Under the pieces are notes generated by a model. It did no database searches, was not told where the DNA came from, and saw only the letters and a list, made by a program, of their open reading frames with translations. From Candidatus Planktophila sp. (lineage in GTDB: Bacteria; Actinomycetota; Actinomycetes; Nanopelagicales; Nanopelagicaceae), in contig JBIICC010000001.1 of assembly GCA_044239085.1 (NCBI GenBank), forward strand, positions 1 through 62,919: a stretch of DNA of 62,919 nucleotides, written 5' to 3'. Numbering within the stretch: position 1 is the first letter of the stretch; the number at the start of each line of letters is the position of its first letter. The translations under genes were made by a program, and so were the position numbers. Positions 1 to 12,393 of this stretch are shown one piece after another.

Positions 1-1
1 T

Positions 2-688
2 TGGCGCGATGGTGGCGCATTGAAGGATCCAAAATTGCGTAGAGCAATCAGTTATGCAATTGATCGCAAGACAATTGCTGAAAAAATTCAAGGCGGAATG
101 AACCCAATTGCTTACAATGGTATGCCAACAAACATGCCGTTCTACAAAGCATCTGTTGAAAAATATGAATATAACCCTGCAAAGGCTAAATCATTAATCA
201 AGGATCTTGGTTACTTCAACAAAGTTACATTGACAATGTCAACAAGTAGCTTGGTTCCAAAGCAAGCTGAAATCGATCAAGCAATTGTTGGGTATCTAAA
301 GGCAGTAGGAATCAAGGTAAAGGTTACTAAGTTGGAAGTTGGAAAATTCCGCACAACTTACCCTGATTACGACATCTCGCTGAATACAATTGCAACCTTC
401 AATAATGATCCAAGCTTCTCCCTTGGATTATATGCAGGTGGAATCGGTAAAGCTATCTTCGGATGGGAAGATGCAGAAATGGATCGACTATTCGCAGCAC
501 AGCGTGATGACTCCGGCGCAACTCGTGCAGGCAAAGTAAACAAGGCTCAAACCTACCTATGGAAAATGGCTAGAACTCTATGGGTGAGCGATGAGAACTG
601 GGTATTTATTGCCAACAAGAGAGTAAAGAACTATGAGCGTGCACCACTAGTGGGTGAAGCGTTAGTAGTTAATGCGTCTGTAAGTTAA
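2..688 (+). CDS. ABC transporter substrate-binding protein, family 5 (Opp/Dpp-like), 5' end outside window
   Basis: Frame open from nt 2; DPKLRRAISYAIDR and YNPAKAK motifs; precedes permeases. Confidence 0.9.
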   Translation, partial: WRDGGALKDPKLRRAISYAIDRKTIAEKIQGGMNPIAYNGMPTNMPFYKASVEKYEYNPAKAKSLIKDLGYFNKVTLTMSTSSLVPKQAEIDQAIVGYLKAVGIKVKVTKLEVGKFRTTYPDYDISLNTIATFNNDPSFSLGLYAGGIGKAIFGWEDAEMDRLFAAQRDDSGATRAGKVNKAQTYLWKMARTLWVSDENWVFIANKRVKNYERAPLVGEALVVNASVS

Positions 689-720
689 CAGGCAAGTTAC
701 TTAGTTAGGAGACGGATACA

Positions 721-1647
721 GTGAGATACTTTTTTTCACGAGTTGCACAGTCACTCGTGATAATTGGCGGCATCACTGTATCCGTCTTCTTTATGCTCCG
801 GTTTACAGCAGGAGATCCTGCTCGCATCCGGGGAAATATTTTTTCAAGTAATGAAGTTCTCGAGGAATATCGCCGTCAATTTGGAACAGACCGAACCGTT
901 GCGGAGCAGTTTTACTCTTTTATCAATGGAGCTATCCGTGGGGATTTGGGAGATAGTTTTAGATACCAGCAGCCTGTAACTGAATTAGTTTTGCCGGCTT
1001 TGCGAAATACCATGTTATTGGGATTCGTGGCCTTATTAATTTCAATAACCTTTGCAATCATTCTCGGAACAATTTCTGCCCGTAATCCAAAGGGATTAGT
1101 AGCAAGAGCTAGTGGGGTTATAGCAATTTTCGGGCAGAGCGCACCACTCTTCTGGGTTGGTCTGCTGCTGATTAATGTTTTCGCCTTGAAATTAGGATGG
1201 TTGCCATCAGGTGGATTAACCAGTTGGAAGAATTTAGTGTTGCCTTCGATAACTCTGGCTTTAAGTATTTTGCCTTCGCAGATGCGAGTTTTAGCAGCGA
1301 GTGTAAAAGCAGAGATGGATGAAGATTATGTAAGAACAGCTCATGCTTTTGGTCTTTCATCTAAAAAAGTGTATTTCGTCCATGTTCTGCGTAATGCCTG
1401 CTTGCCACTTCTGACCGTGATTGGCAATGACATGGGAATGCTTCTCGGTGGGGCAATTGTTGCTGAAGTTGTTTTTAATTTTCCTGGTATTGGAACCTTA
1501 GCTTTAATCGGTTTGAACGCTCGCGATTACCCACTTTTGCAAGGTGTCACAATCGTTGCAGCTTGCACCTTTGTAATCATAAATTTGATAGTTGATCTTC
1601 TGTATACGGTTATCAATCCGCGCGTGCGGTTGGGGGCTTCTAAGTAA
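721..1647 (+). CDS. Dpp/Opp-type ABC permease (DppB-like)
   Basis: GDLGDSF, EAA-like loop DYVRTAHAFGLS, RDYPLLQG; AGGAG upstream of GTG start. Confidence 0.93.
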   Translation: MRYFFSRVAQSLVIIGGITVSVFFMLRFTAGDPARIRGNIFSSNEVLEEYRRQFGTDRTVAEQFYSFINGAIRGDLGDSFRYQQPVTELVLPALRNTMLLGFVALLISITFAIILGTISARNPKGLVARASGVIAIFGQSAPLFWVGLLLINVFALKLGWLPSGGLTSWKNLVLPSITLALSILPSQMRVLAASVKAEMDEDYVRTAHAFGLSSKKVYFVHVLRNACLPLLTVIGNDMGMLLGGAIVAEVVFNFPGIGTLALIGLNARDYPLLQGVTIVAACTFVIINLIVDLLYTVINPRVRLGASK

Positions 1648-2522
1648 TGAGAAATTTTATTAGAGAAAACACCCTACTGTTTTTTAGTTCATTATCAATG
1701 GCAATAATCTGTATTGCTGCAATCTTTGGGCCTCTTTTTATTCCTGATCCGTTAGAGCAAGATTTAATTAATTCTATGCTCCCGCCATTTTCTCAGGGTC
1801 ACATACTTGGGACTGACCCACTCGGTCGGGATATTTTTAGTCGAATAGTCAGTGGTGCCAGAGTTTCCTTAATTGTTTCAGTTTTAGGAATGATTGGCTC
1901 TTTAACTGTTGGAACAATTATGGGTCTAGTTTCAGGAGCTCGAAACAAGTGGATTGCATGGGGAAGTGACCGGTTAATTGATATCCAGATGGCATTTCCA
2001 TACATATTGTTAGCAATAGTTATTGTCTCAGCAACAACTGCTTCGATTCCGGTCCTAATTTTTCTAATGGTTTTAGCTGGTTGGGCATCTGCAGCGCGAG
2101 TGATTAGAAGTATCGTTCTTAGTGAGCGACCAAAAGATTATATAAAGGCGGCATCACTTGTTGGCGCGAATCAAAAGCGAATTCTAGTTAAATACATTGG
2201 GCCAACACTTGTTCCTGCAATTTTCACAATCGCACCATTACAAGCTTCAGCAATGATTGTTATGGAAGCAACTCTCTCTTTCCTTGGGCTCGGTGTGCAA
2301 CCACCTACTCCAAGTTGGGGTGGAATGTTGCTAGAAGGCAAGGTTTATCTAAGTGAGGCTTGGTGGTTGACCACAATTCCCGGAATTGCAATTGCAATCA
2401 CTTGCGCATCATTGATAGGAATTGGCGAAGGCTTATCAATTAAGTTGCGCGGAGACCGTCGTCGAAGAATCGATCCATCTAAGACCGAGAATGCAAGCTC
2501 AGAAGGCTCGGCGAAATCGTGA
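1647..2522 (+). CDS. Dpp/Opp-type ABC permease (DppC-like)
   Basis: HILGTDPLGRD and LSFLGLGVQPPTPSWG; TAATG coupling to the previous gene. Confidence 0.93.
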   Translation: MRNFIRENTLLFFSSLSMAIICIAAIFGPLFIPDPLEQDLINSMLPPFSQGHILGTDPLGRDIFSRIVSGARVSLIVSVLGMIGSLTVGTIMGLVSGARNKWIAWGSDRLIDIQMAFPYILLAIVIVSATTASIPVLIFLMVLAGWASAARVIRSIVLSERPKDYIKAASLVGANQKRILVKYIGPTLVPAIFTIAPLQASAMIVMEATLSFLGLGVQPPTPSWGGMLLEGKVYLSEAWWLTTIPGIAIAITCASLIGIGEGLSIKLRGDRRRRIDPSKTENASSEGSAKS

Positions 2523-3502
2523 ATATGACTAAATTACTCTCAATTAAGAATTTAACAATAAGTTTAGAGGGAAGACCAAACACCTCACCGATTGTTCAAA
2601 ATTTGAATCTTGAGGTTAGCGCCGGAGAAGTCCTTGGGATAGTTGGAGAATCAGGATCAGGTAAATCTCTTACCGGGTTATCGATACTTAACATGCTTCC
2701 TAAAGGAGTTTATATCTCAGCTGGTCAAATTCTGGCCGATGGCAACGATATAACCAAGTCTGAAAAGAACAAATTAAGAGCCTATCGCGGTGAATTGTTT
2801 TCAATTGTTTTTCAGGACCCAGGTTCAGCTCTTAATCCAAGTAGAACTATCGGAAAATTGTTATCCGATGTTGCACGCGCTCATGAGAAATCTTCCAAGA
2901 GAGATATTCGTGAAAAAAGTATAGGAATTTTGAAAGATGTTGGTTTCCCCAACCCAGAGGAACGTTTGAAGAGCTTTCCATTTCAACTTAGCGGAGGATT
3001 GAGGCAGCGCGTTGCAATAGCAATGGCTCTAATCAATCGTCCTAAAATTTTGATTGCTGACGAGCCGACCACCAGTCTCGATGTTTCCGTGCAAAAAGGA
3101 ATCTTAGATTTAATTCGTAAGCGAACTATTGAAGATAAAATTGGTTGCATATTTATCAGTCATGATCTCGGGGTAATTGCCGAAGTTGCCGATAGAGTGA
3201 TTATTATGTATTCGGGTCAAGTAGTAGAAGAAGGCCCAATGGAAAGTGTGTTAACTAATCCTAAACATCCATATACGCGTGGATTGATTGCCTCTGCACC
3301 AAGCATGAAAAGTTCATTAGCAAAGCCACTTAGACCGATTCCAGGTTCTTTGCCACCAGTAGGTAGGACACCTAGTGGATGTGCTTTTCAAGATCGCTGC
3401 CCAGAAAAAGCACTTGGCAATTGCAATGCGGCAAACCCAACTTGGTCTAATGATTCAAATAATCAATCGCATCGCTGGCTATGCCATTCGGAGGCCAAAT
3501 AA
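2519..3502 (+). CDS. ABC ATPase (DppD-like)
   Basis: GESGSGKS, LSGG, ADEPT, HPYT and Cys-rich tail. Confidence 0.93.
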   Translation: MNMTKLLSIKNLTISLEGRPNTSPIVQNLNLEVSAGEVLGIVGESGSGKSLTGLSILNMLPKGVYISAGQILADGNDITKSEKNKLRAYRGELFSIVFQDPGSALNPSRTIGKLLSDVARAHEKSSKRDIREKSIGILKDVGFPNPEERLKSFPFQLSGGLRQRVAIAMALINRPKILIADEPTTSLDVSVQKGILDLIRKRTIEDKIGCIFISHDLGVIAEVADRVIIMYSGQVVEEGPMESVLTNPKHPYTRGLIASAPSMKSSLAKPLRPIPGSLPPVGRTPSGCAFQDRCPEKALGNCNAANPTWSNDSNNQSHRWLCHSEAK

Positions 3503-4284
3503 TGAAACCGATTTTAGAAGCATCAAGTGTTAAAAAACTATTTAAAGGACGCGGTCGCTCTCTTGATGTTATGGCGCTGAATGACATTGATTTTCTGATT
3601 TATCCAGGTGAAGTTATCGGAATAGTTGGCGAAAGTGGCTCAGGTAAAAGCACGCTATCGAGAATCCTTGTAGGAATTGAAAAAGCCACAGAAGGCCAGG
3701 TCTTGCATAACGGTGAAGCTGTTGAGTCTCCAAGTGATTGGCAAAAATTGCGTCTGGATATCCAATACATATTCCAAGATCCATTTCTTTCATTGGCTCC
3801 ACATATGACTGTTGGTCAAAGTATTCGAGATGGTCTTGATATTCGTGAAGAGGGAACTCCGCTAGAGCGTAATAATCGAGTAGCAAGAACACTTGAATTA
3901 GTGGGCTTAAAAGCTTCGGATGCCAATTCCTATCCCGCAGTATTTAGCGGTGGTCAGAAACAACGAATTTGCTTGGCTCGTGCCCTAATTCTAAATCCAA
4001 AAGTAATTATCTGTGATGAAATAGTTTCAGGGCTTGATGTTTCAGTGCAAGCTCAAATTTTAAATCTCCTTGTTGAGCTTAACCAAAAAAATGGGGTTGG
4101 TTTGGTATTCGTATCTCATGACTTGAGAGTTGTTAAGTATCTTTGCCAAAGAATTATTGTTATGCATCAAGGATTGATTGTTGAGGCTAATACCACCGAA
4201 GAATTGTTCACAAATCCAAAGCACGAGTACACGCAACATCTACTAAGTAGTGTTCCTGCCGGACTATCAATTGCAGGTGTTTAG
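3502..4284 (+). CDS. ABC ATPase (DppF-like)
   Basis: GESGSGKS, FSGGQKQR, CDE; start moved to ATG 3502 (TAATG overlap). Confidence 0.92.
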   Translation: MKPILEASSVKKLFKGRGRSLDVMALNDIDFLIYPGEVIGIVGESGSGKSTLSRILVGIEKATEGQVLHNGEAVESPSDWQKLRLDIQYIFQDPFLSLAPHMTVGQSIRDGLDIREEGTPLERNNRVARTLELVGLKASDANSYPAVFSGGQKQRICLARALILNPKVIICDEIVSGLDVSVQAQILNLLVELNQKNGVGLVFVSHDLRVVKYLCQRIIVMHQGLIVEANTTEELFTNPKHEYTQHLLSSVPAGLSIAGV

Positions 4285-4287
4285 CTC

Positions 4288-5325
4288 ATGGAAAAGTGGG
4301 ATCGCAACTGGGGTTGTCGAGTTGAGATCGATGGTAAATCTCGCGGTTGGGAAATTGCAGTAATTCAGAATGCCAAGTTGCGAGTATCAATTCTTGTAGG
4401 TAAAGGTTGTGATGTAGTAGAAGTTTTATACAAGCCGACTGATTTAGATTTAACACCAAGAACCGGGCGTGGGTTGCGGCGTCGCGATGAAGCAATTGCT
4501 GCACCGTGGTCTGAAATGGGTTCATTTCTTGATCAATATGAAGGTGGCTGGCAAGAAATTATTCCTCATGGTGGTCAGCCTGGTGATTTCCAGGGAGCAA
4601 GATTTGCACAGCATGGCGAGTCATCAAGATTGCCTTGGACAGTTTGTATTACTGAGAACACTCCAGAGCGCGTTGAAATTCTCTGCACCTCACGTCTCTC
4701 AATCATGCCGTTCTATATTGAAAAGAGATTTAGCCTAAGCAATGACGATGCAATTTTGAAGATGGAAACAACTGTAAAGAATGAAGGCGCTGTCGAGCTG
4801 CCGTTAATGGCCGGACATCATTTAGCTTTTGGTTCACCATTCGTCGGTCCTGGATCAATTATCAGCATGCCAGAAGGAACAACTTATTCTGCTCACGAAG
4901 CGACAGTCTTTGAGACCGGTCGCCGAAGCAATGGGGTGTCCGGAACATGGCCGGAAATGATTAGTGATGCGGGGAAGCAAATTGATATGCGCGAATTGCC
5001 TCCCTCTGGCACCAAAAGCGATCTGCATTATTTAAAACCACCTGAAGGTTGGTACACAATAAGTTCGAAAGATTCTTCAATTGTTGCGAAAGTAGAATGG
5101 AATCTTGAAGCTCAACCATATCTCTGGTTCTGGCAAGAATTTGGTGGTGGAAAAACTTACCCTTGGTGGGGAATGGAGTATTTAGTTGGCCTAGAACCTT
5201 GGACAAGCTCGCCCGGCACTGGACTCTCTGATGCAGTCGCAGCGTCGACGGCCCATCTTCTTCGCCCCGGAGAAACTTTTTCAAATGAACTATCCGTGCA
5301 GATCAGCGAAAGGAAAATGAAATGA
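4288..5325 (+). CDS. Aldose 1-epimerase/galactose-mutarotase-fold protein (DUF4432-like)
   Basis: GGWQE..P, QHGE, GHH.AFG and GLEPWT motifs; substrate unknown. Confidence 0.7.
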   Translation: MEKWDRNWGCRVEIDGKSRGWEIAVIQNAKLRVSILVGKGCDVVEVLYKPTDLDLTPRTGRGLRRRDEAIAAPWSEMGSFLDQYEGGWQEIIPHGGQPGDFQGARFAQHGESSRLPWTVCITENTPERVEILCTSRLSIMPFYIEKRFSLSNDDAILKMETTVKNEGAVELPLMAGHHLAFGSPFVGPGSIISMPEGTTYSAHEATVFETGRRSNGVSGTWPEMISDAGKQIDMRELPPSGTKSDLHYLKPPEGWYTISSKDSSIVAKVEWNLEAQPYLWFWQEFGGGKTYPWWGMEYLVGLEPWTSSPGTGLSDAVAASTAHLLRPGETFSNELSVQISERKMK

Positions 5326-6026
5326 GAGTATTGGCAATCGGGGCACATCCTGATGATGTTGAAATTCTTTGCAGTGGAACATTAGCGCTTTGTGCCGAAA
5401 GAGGCGATCAAGTTTTTATTGCAATTGCAACAAATGGAAATGTTGGCACCGGAGATCCTTCTGTCACTCGGGAACAAATTGCTGCAATCAGACATGAAGA
5501 AGCTAAAAAATCAGTTGCAACTATTGGTGCTACTTTGATTTGGATGGGTTTTGATGACGAGTGGCTGTTCAATAACCTTGAAACCAGAACTCGCTTTATT
5601 GATGCGATTCGCGAAGCGCGGCCAGATGTAATGATTATTCACGATGCAAATGATTATCATCCAGATCACCGGATTGCAGGGGAAATTGCCCGAGATTGTC
5701 GGATTCCTGCGAGCGTGCCCCTCGTAAAAACCAAACTTCCAGAGACTCCTATCCCAACTGTATTTGCAATGGACACGGTGTTAGGAAATAATTTTGAACC
5801 AGAGATTTATGTTAATGTCACGTCAGTTATTGAGACCAAGAAAAAGATGCTTTTAACTCATGACAGTCAGGCTGCATGGTTAAAGCATGTTTTCGGAGCG
5901 GAGATTACAGATAATATGTTGATTCAAGGAAGATTTAGAGGCGCGCAAGCAAGTTGCGAATATGCGGAAGGCTTTAAGTTGATGCATGATTGGCCACATA
6001 CCGGAGATTCGAGGATGTTGCCATAA
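5322..6026 (+). CDS. PIG-L/LmbE family deacetylase
   Basis: AHPDD and HPDH metal motifs; YAEGF near C-terminus. Confidence 0.92.
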   Translation: MRVLAIGAHPDDVEILCSGTLALCAERGDQVFIAIATNGNVGTGDPSVTREQIAAIRHEEAKKSVATIGATLIWMGFDDEWLFNNLETRTRFIDAIREARPDVMIIHDANDYHPDHRIAGEIARDCRIPASVPLVKTKLPETPIPTVFAMDTVLGNNFEPEIYVNVTSVIETKKKMLLTHDSQAAWLKHVFGAEITDNMLIQGRFRGAQASCEYAEGFKLMHDWPHTGDSRMLP

Positions 6027-6097
6027 AAAATTCAAAGTTAAAGTCATTGGGGCGCACTAGTTCTGAGTTGCCGACTCTTGACAGAGGTCAGTCAACG

Positions 6098-6745
6098 ATG
6101 CGCTCTGAAATTACAGAAGCACTTCGTCTGCGCATCATCGACGGCACATTTTCTCCGGGAATCAGAATTTCTGAAGACTGGGTCGCCGGTGAAATGGGGG
6201 TAAGTAGAGGTCCGGTTCGTGAAGCAATTCGCGAATTAGAAAACGAAGGCCTGCTTGTGGTGCTTCCCTACAGGGGAACATTTGTTAATGAAATTTCAAC
6301 CGATGAGTTACGAAGTACGCTGATTCCAATTCGCCTTATTTTGGAGCAACAGGCATGCGCGGTCGCACTTCCGATCATGGAAGAGGAAGATTTCGCATTC
6401 TTAGCCGGTATAGTAGAAAAAATGCGATTAGTTGCGAAGAAAAATAATCTTGACACCCTTGTCGAGCTTGTTGAGCTAGACGTTCGTTATCACCAATACA
6501 TAATGAATCTAAGTAAGCAGTATCACGCTATTCAGTTGTGGAACACTATTCAGCCTAGAATTCGAGTAGGGTTTTATAGATTGGGCTTAAGGCATAATGA
6601 TTATCAGGAAATTACTTCCGAACATAGTAATCTTTTGGAAGCGCTTCGTACTAGAGATTCCAAAATAGTTTTTCCAGCGCTTGAGCACCATATTTGCACC
6701 GACCAATACCGATTACTTGATCGGATAGATATAGAGAAGAATTAA
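6098..6745 (+). CDS. GntR/FCD family transcriptional regulator
   Basis: GVSRGPVREAIRELENEGL wHTH plus FCD domain. Start uncertain: frame open from 5990; ATG 6098 has AGAGG upstream. Confidence 0.88.
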   Translation: MRSEITEALRLRIIDGTFSPGIRISEDWVAGEMGVSRGPVREAIRELENEGLLVVLPYRGTFVNEISTDELRSTLIPIRLILEQQACAVALPIMEEEDFAFLAGIVEKMRLVAKKNNLDTLVELVELDVRYHQYIMNLSKQYHAIQLWNTIQPRIRVGFYRLGLRHNDYQEITSEHSNLLEALRTRDSKIVFPALEHHICTDQYRLLDRIDIEKN

Positions 6746-6752
6746 CTCTTCT

Positions 6753-6935
6753 TTGTTGAAAGAACGCGCTGATGAGCGCGCTAAAGAGCTTTCAGCGATC
6801 ATGACGAAAGCTGAATGCATTCCCCTGCCCCATGCAGATTTCAAGGTACTTGCTTATGGCGCGGTCGGAGTCATCCGGACCGGTGATTACTTAGCCTGGG
6901 GCAACGTGATGGTTGCATCTGGAGTCGCTTACTAA
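6753..6935 (+). pseudogene. rbsD: C-terminal fragment of D-ribose pyranase (RbsD/FucU family)
   Basis: PHADFK...GVIRTGD..WGNVMVASGVAY matches the RbsD C-terminus pattern (H..FK...IRTGE..Y.N....GV); N-terminal half absent. Confidence 0.75.
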
Positions 6936-6970
6936 ATTCATCCAGCACATCAACATCGGTTAAGTCAGCG

Positions 6971-7573
6971 TTAATTCTTATTGAATTTGGGTAAATGCAG
7001 GTCGTATTGAATTGATATGACCCGAGTCAGAATTACAACAGCTCCCCCAACAATCGCGCAGATGCTCTGAGACAGATCAAGTTGATTTAAAGCAACAAAT
7101 GTAATTGCGCCCATCATTGACGATGTCCCGATTGTTTCGCGATGAAGAAGAACTGGTTCTAGTTGGCACAGAACATCGCGAAGTAGGCCACCGGTTACTG
7201 CGGTAATTACTCCCAAGATTATCGCTGCATACCAAGCGATGTTCTCTTCGAAAGCTAGCTGCGTTCCGGACATTGTTGCAACGGCGAGGCCAAAAGTATC
7301 CATAATTAGAAGCGTCTTACCGACATGAGTGACTCGTCTAAAGACCAGGGTAAGAACTACCGCGGCAATAATGCTTGCAATGATCCAGGGATCGGTGATC
7401 CAAATTGGCGTGAGACCGAGAAATACATTTCTGAGGGTTCCACCTGATACAGATGCGACTGCTGCGATAAATGCGATTCCGCCGTAATCCAATCCTTTAT
7501 CTGCTGCGACTCGTGCACCTACGAGGGCGAAGACAAATGTGGAGAGAAGGTCGAGAATATGGAGCAAGGACAT
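6971..7573 (-). CDS. TRIC/UPF0126 (YadS-like) membrane protein
   Basis: Two repeats with GGTLRN/GGLLRD; start set at ATG 7573, preceded by TATTCT. Confidence 0.88.
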   Translation of the reverse strand: MSLLHILDLLSTFVFALVGARVAADKGLDYGGIAFIAAVASVSGGTLRNVFLGLTPIWITDPWIIASIIAAVVLTLVFRRVTHVGKTLLIMDTFGLAVATMSGTQLAFEENIAWYAAIILGVITAVTGGLLRDVLCQLEPVLLHRETIGTSSMMGAITFVALNQLDLSQSICAIVGGAVVILTRVISIQYDLHLPKFNKN

Positions 7574-7690
7574 GGCTAAAGAATAGAGATAATCTTCCAT
7601 CTCTGCACAAAACTGCAAAAAGGTTTCTTTTGCATCACAATTTGCGTGTTTGCCTGTTATGTAGATACTCAATTGCGTAGAGTTCCCCGC

Positions 7691-9349
7691 ATGTCTACGA
7701 GCGCAGGATTAAGTACAGATAAGAATTGGTGGCGCCAAGCGGCGGTCTACCAGATCTACCCACGTAGCTTCGCTGATTCAAATGGCGATGGCATCGGGGA
7801 TCTCAAAGGTGTCACTTCCAGAATTCCTTATCTTCAATCTCTGAGCATTGATGCTGTCTGGCTTAGCCCGTTCTATCCATCTGCACTTGTCGATGGTGGA
7901 TATGACGTAGACGATTATCGCGATGTTGATCCAAAACTTGGCACTCTTGCAGATTTTGATGAAATGCTCGCTGAACTTCATAAAGTTGGAATTCGCGTAT
8001 ATGTAGATATCGTTCCAAATCACTCATCAAATCTTCATATCTGGTTTAAAGAAGCAATTGCATCGGAGCCAGGTTCTAAAGCTCGCAGCAGATACTTATT
8101 CCGCGATGGCAAGGGCGTAAATGGCGAACTTCCACCAACCGATTGGGTCTCGCACTTCGCACCATCGGCATGGACACATGAATCAGCAATGGGTGGCAAA
8201 CATAACCAGTGGTACATGCATTGGTTTGCACCAGAGCAACCAGATTTCAATTGGGATAACCGTGAGGTCCATGATGAATTCCTCAAGACCCTCAAGTTCT
8301 GGGCAGACCGTGGAGTAGATGCATTCCGAATCGATGTTGCTCATGCGCTGAAGAAGGATCTATCGGAACCACTTCGTAACCTCAATGTTTTTGAGGGGCT
8401 CGATGAGCGCGGAAATAAAGGCAAGGGAATTCTCGCTGATCGCGATGAACTCTTCGCGATCTATAAAGAGTGGCGCAAGCTCTTTAATCAATACGACCCA
8501 CCACGTGTGGCTGTTGCTGAGGCAAATGTTCATACGGAGAGAGTTCCACTTTATGCAAGTACAAAGACTCTAGGTCAATGCTTCGACTTTAAATTCTTAG
8601 ATACTCCCTTTGAAGCAGCTGTATACAAAGAAGCTGTTCAGGATGCACTCAAAGCGGCTACGAAGAATAAGTCGACATGCACTTGGGCTCTGTCGAACCA
8701 CGATCAGATTCGACATGCAACAAAGATGGGTCTTAACCCAGCTGTCGATCGCAGATCTTGGATGCTTTCAGATGGCACATCGCACCCTCTTGATAAAGCA
8801 TCAGGAACTCAAAATGGATTAGCTGCAACGCTCTTTGTATTGGCTCTACCTGGAGCTACATATATGTACCAGGGTGAAGAACTCGGTCTCCATGAAGTTA
8901 CCGATATTCCTGGAGATCAGATTCAGGATCCGCAATACCTACGCAATCACAAGATTGATAAGGGGCGCGACGGTTGCAGAGTTCCTCTTCCATGGACCAA
9001 ATCTGGACCTTCATTTGGATTCGGTACAGGTGGCGCACATCTTCCACAACCAAATTGGTTTGGTGGCTACTCGGTAGAAGTTGAAGAGAAAGATAGCCAA
9101 TCGCCATTAGCAATCTATCGAAAAGCCCTTGGGTTGCGTAAGAGCTTAACGACCGAAGAGAAGGTCAAGTGGCATAAGACTGGAAATTCATCGGTGCTTC
9201 ACTTCTCTCGCCCTAATGGCTGGCACTGCATTACAAACTTCCGCGCAGCGCCAATTGCAATGCCTAAAGGTAAGTTGCTGATTTCATCGCATCCGCTGCA
9301 AGATGGAAAAATTGCAGCAGGTACAACGGTCTGGCTTAAGAAGAAGTAA
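7691..9349 (+). CDS. GH13 alpha-glucosidase
   Basis: YQIYPRSFADSNGDGIGDL, FRIDVAH, NHD, RDGCRVP; start set at ATG 7691. Confidence 0.93.
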   Translation: MSTSAGLSTDKNWWRQAAVYQIYPRSFADSNGDGIGDLKGVTSRIPYLQSLSIDAVWLSPFYPSALVDGGYDVDDYRDVDPKLGTLADFDEMLAELHKVGIRVYVDIVPNHSSNLHIWFKEAIASEPGSKARSRYLFRDGKGVNGELPPTDWVSHFAPSAWTHESAMGGKHNQWYMHWFAPEQPDFNWDNREVHDEFLKTLKFWADRGVDAFRIDVAHALKKDLSEPLRNLNVFEGLDERGNKGKGILADRDELFAIYKEWRKLFNQYDPPRVAVAEANVHTERVPLYASTKTLGQCFDFKFLDTPFEAAVYKEAVQDALKAATKNKSTCTWALSNHDQIRHATKMGLNPAVDRRSWMLSDGTSHPLDKASGTQNGLAATLFVLALPGATYMYQGEELGLHEVTDIPGDQIQDPQYLRNHKIDKGRDGCRVPLPWTKSGPSFGFGTGGAHLPQPNWFGGYSVEVEEKDSQSPLAIYRKALGLRKSLTTEEKVKWHKTGNSSVLHFSRPNGWHCITNFRAAPIAMPKGKLLISSHPLQDGKIAAGTTVWLKKK

Positions 9350-9355
9350 CTTTCT

Positions 9356-12384
<3,029 letters not shown>

Positions 12385-12393
12385 AAAGGAAGT

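Noticed and set aside
5322-6026. Second mshB copy
   Set aside because: Shares only the general PIG-L metal motifs; lacks TRGEEGE, RDSGM and FALSN
6735-6757. AGAAGA/TCTTCT hairpin plus T-rich run after gntR as a terminator
   Set aside because: Stem is short and AT-rich; too weak to call
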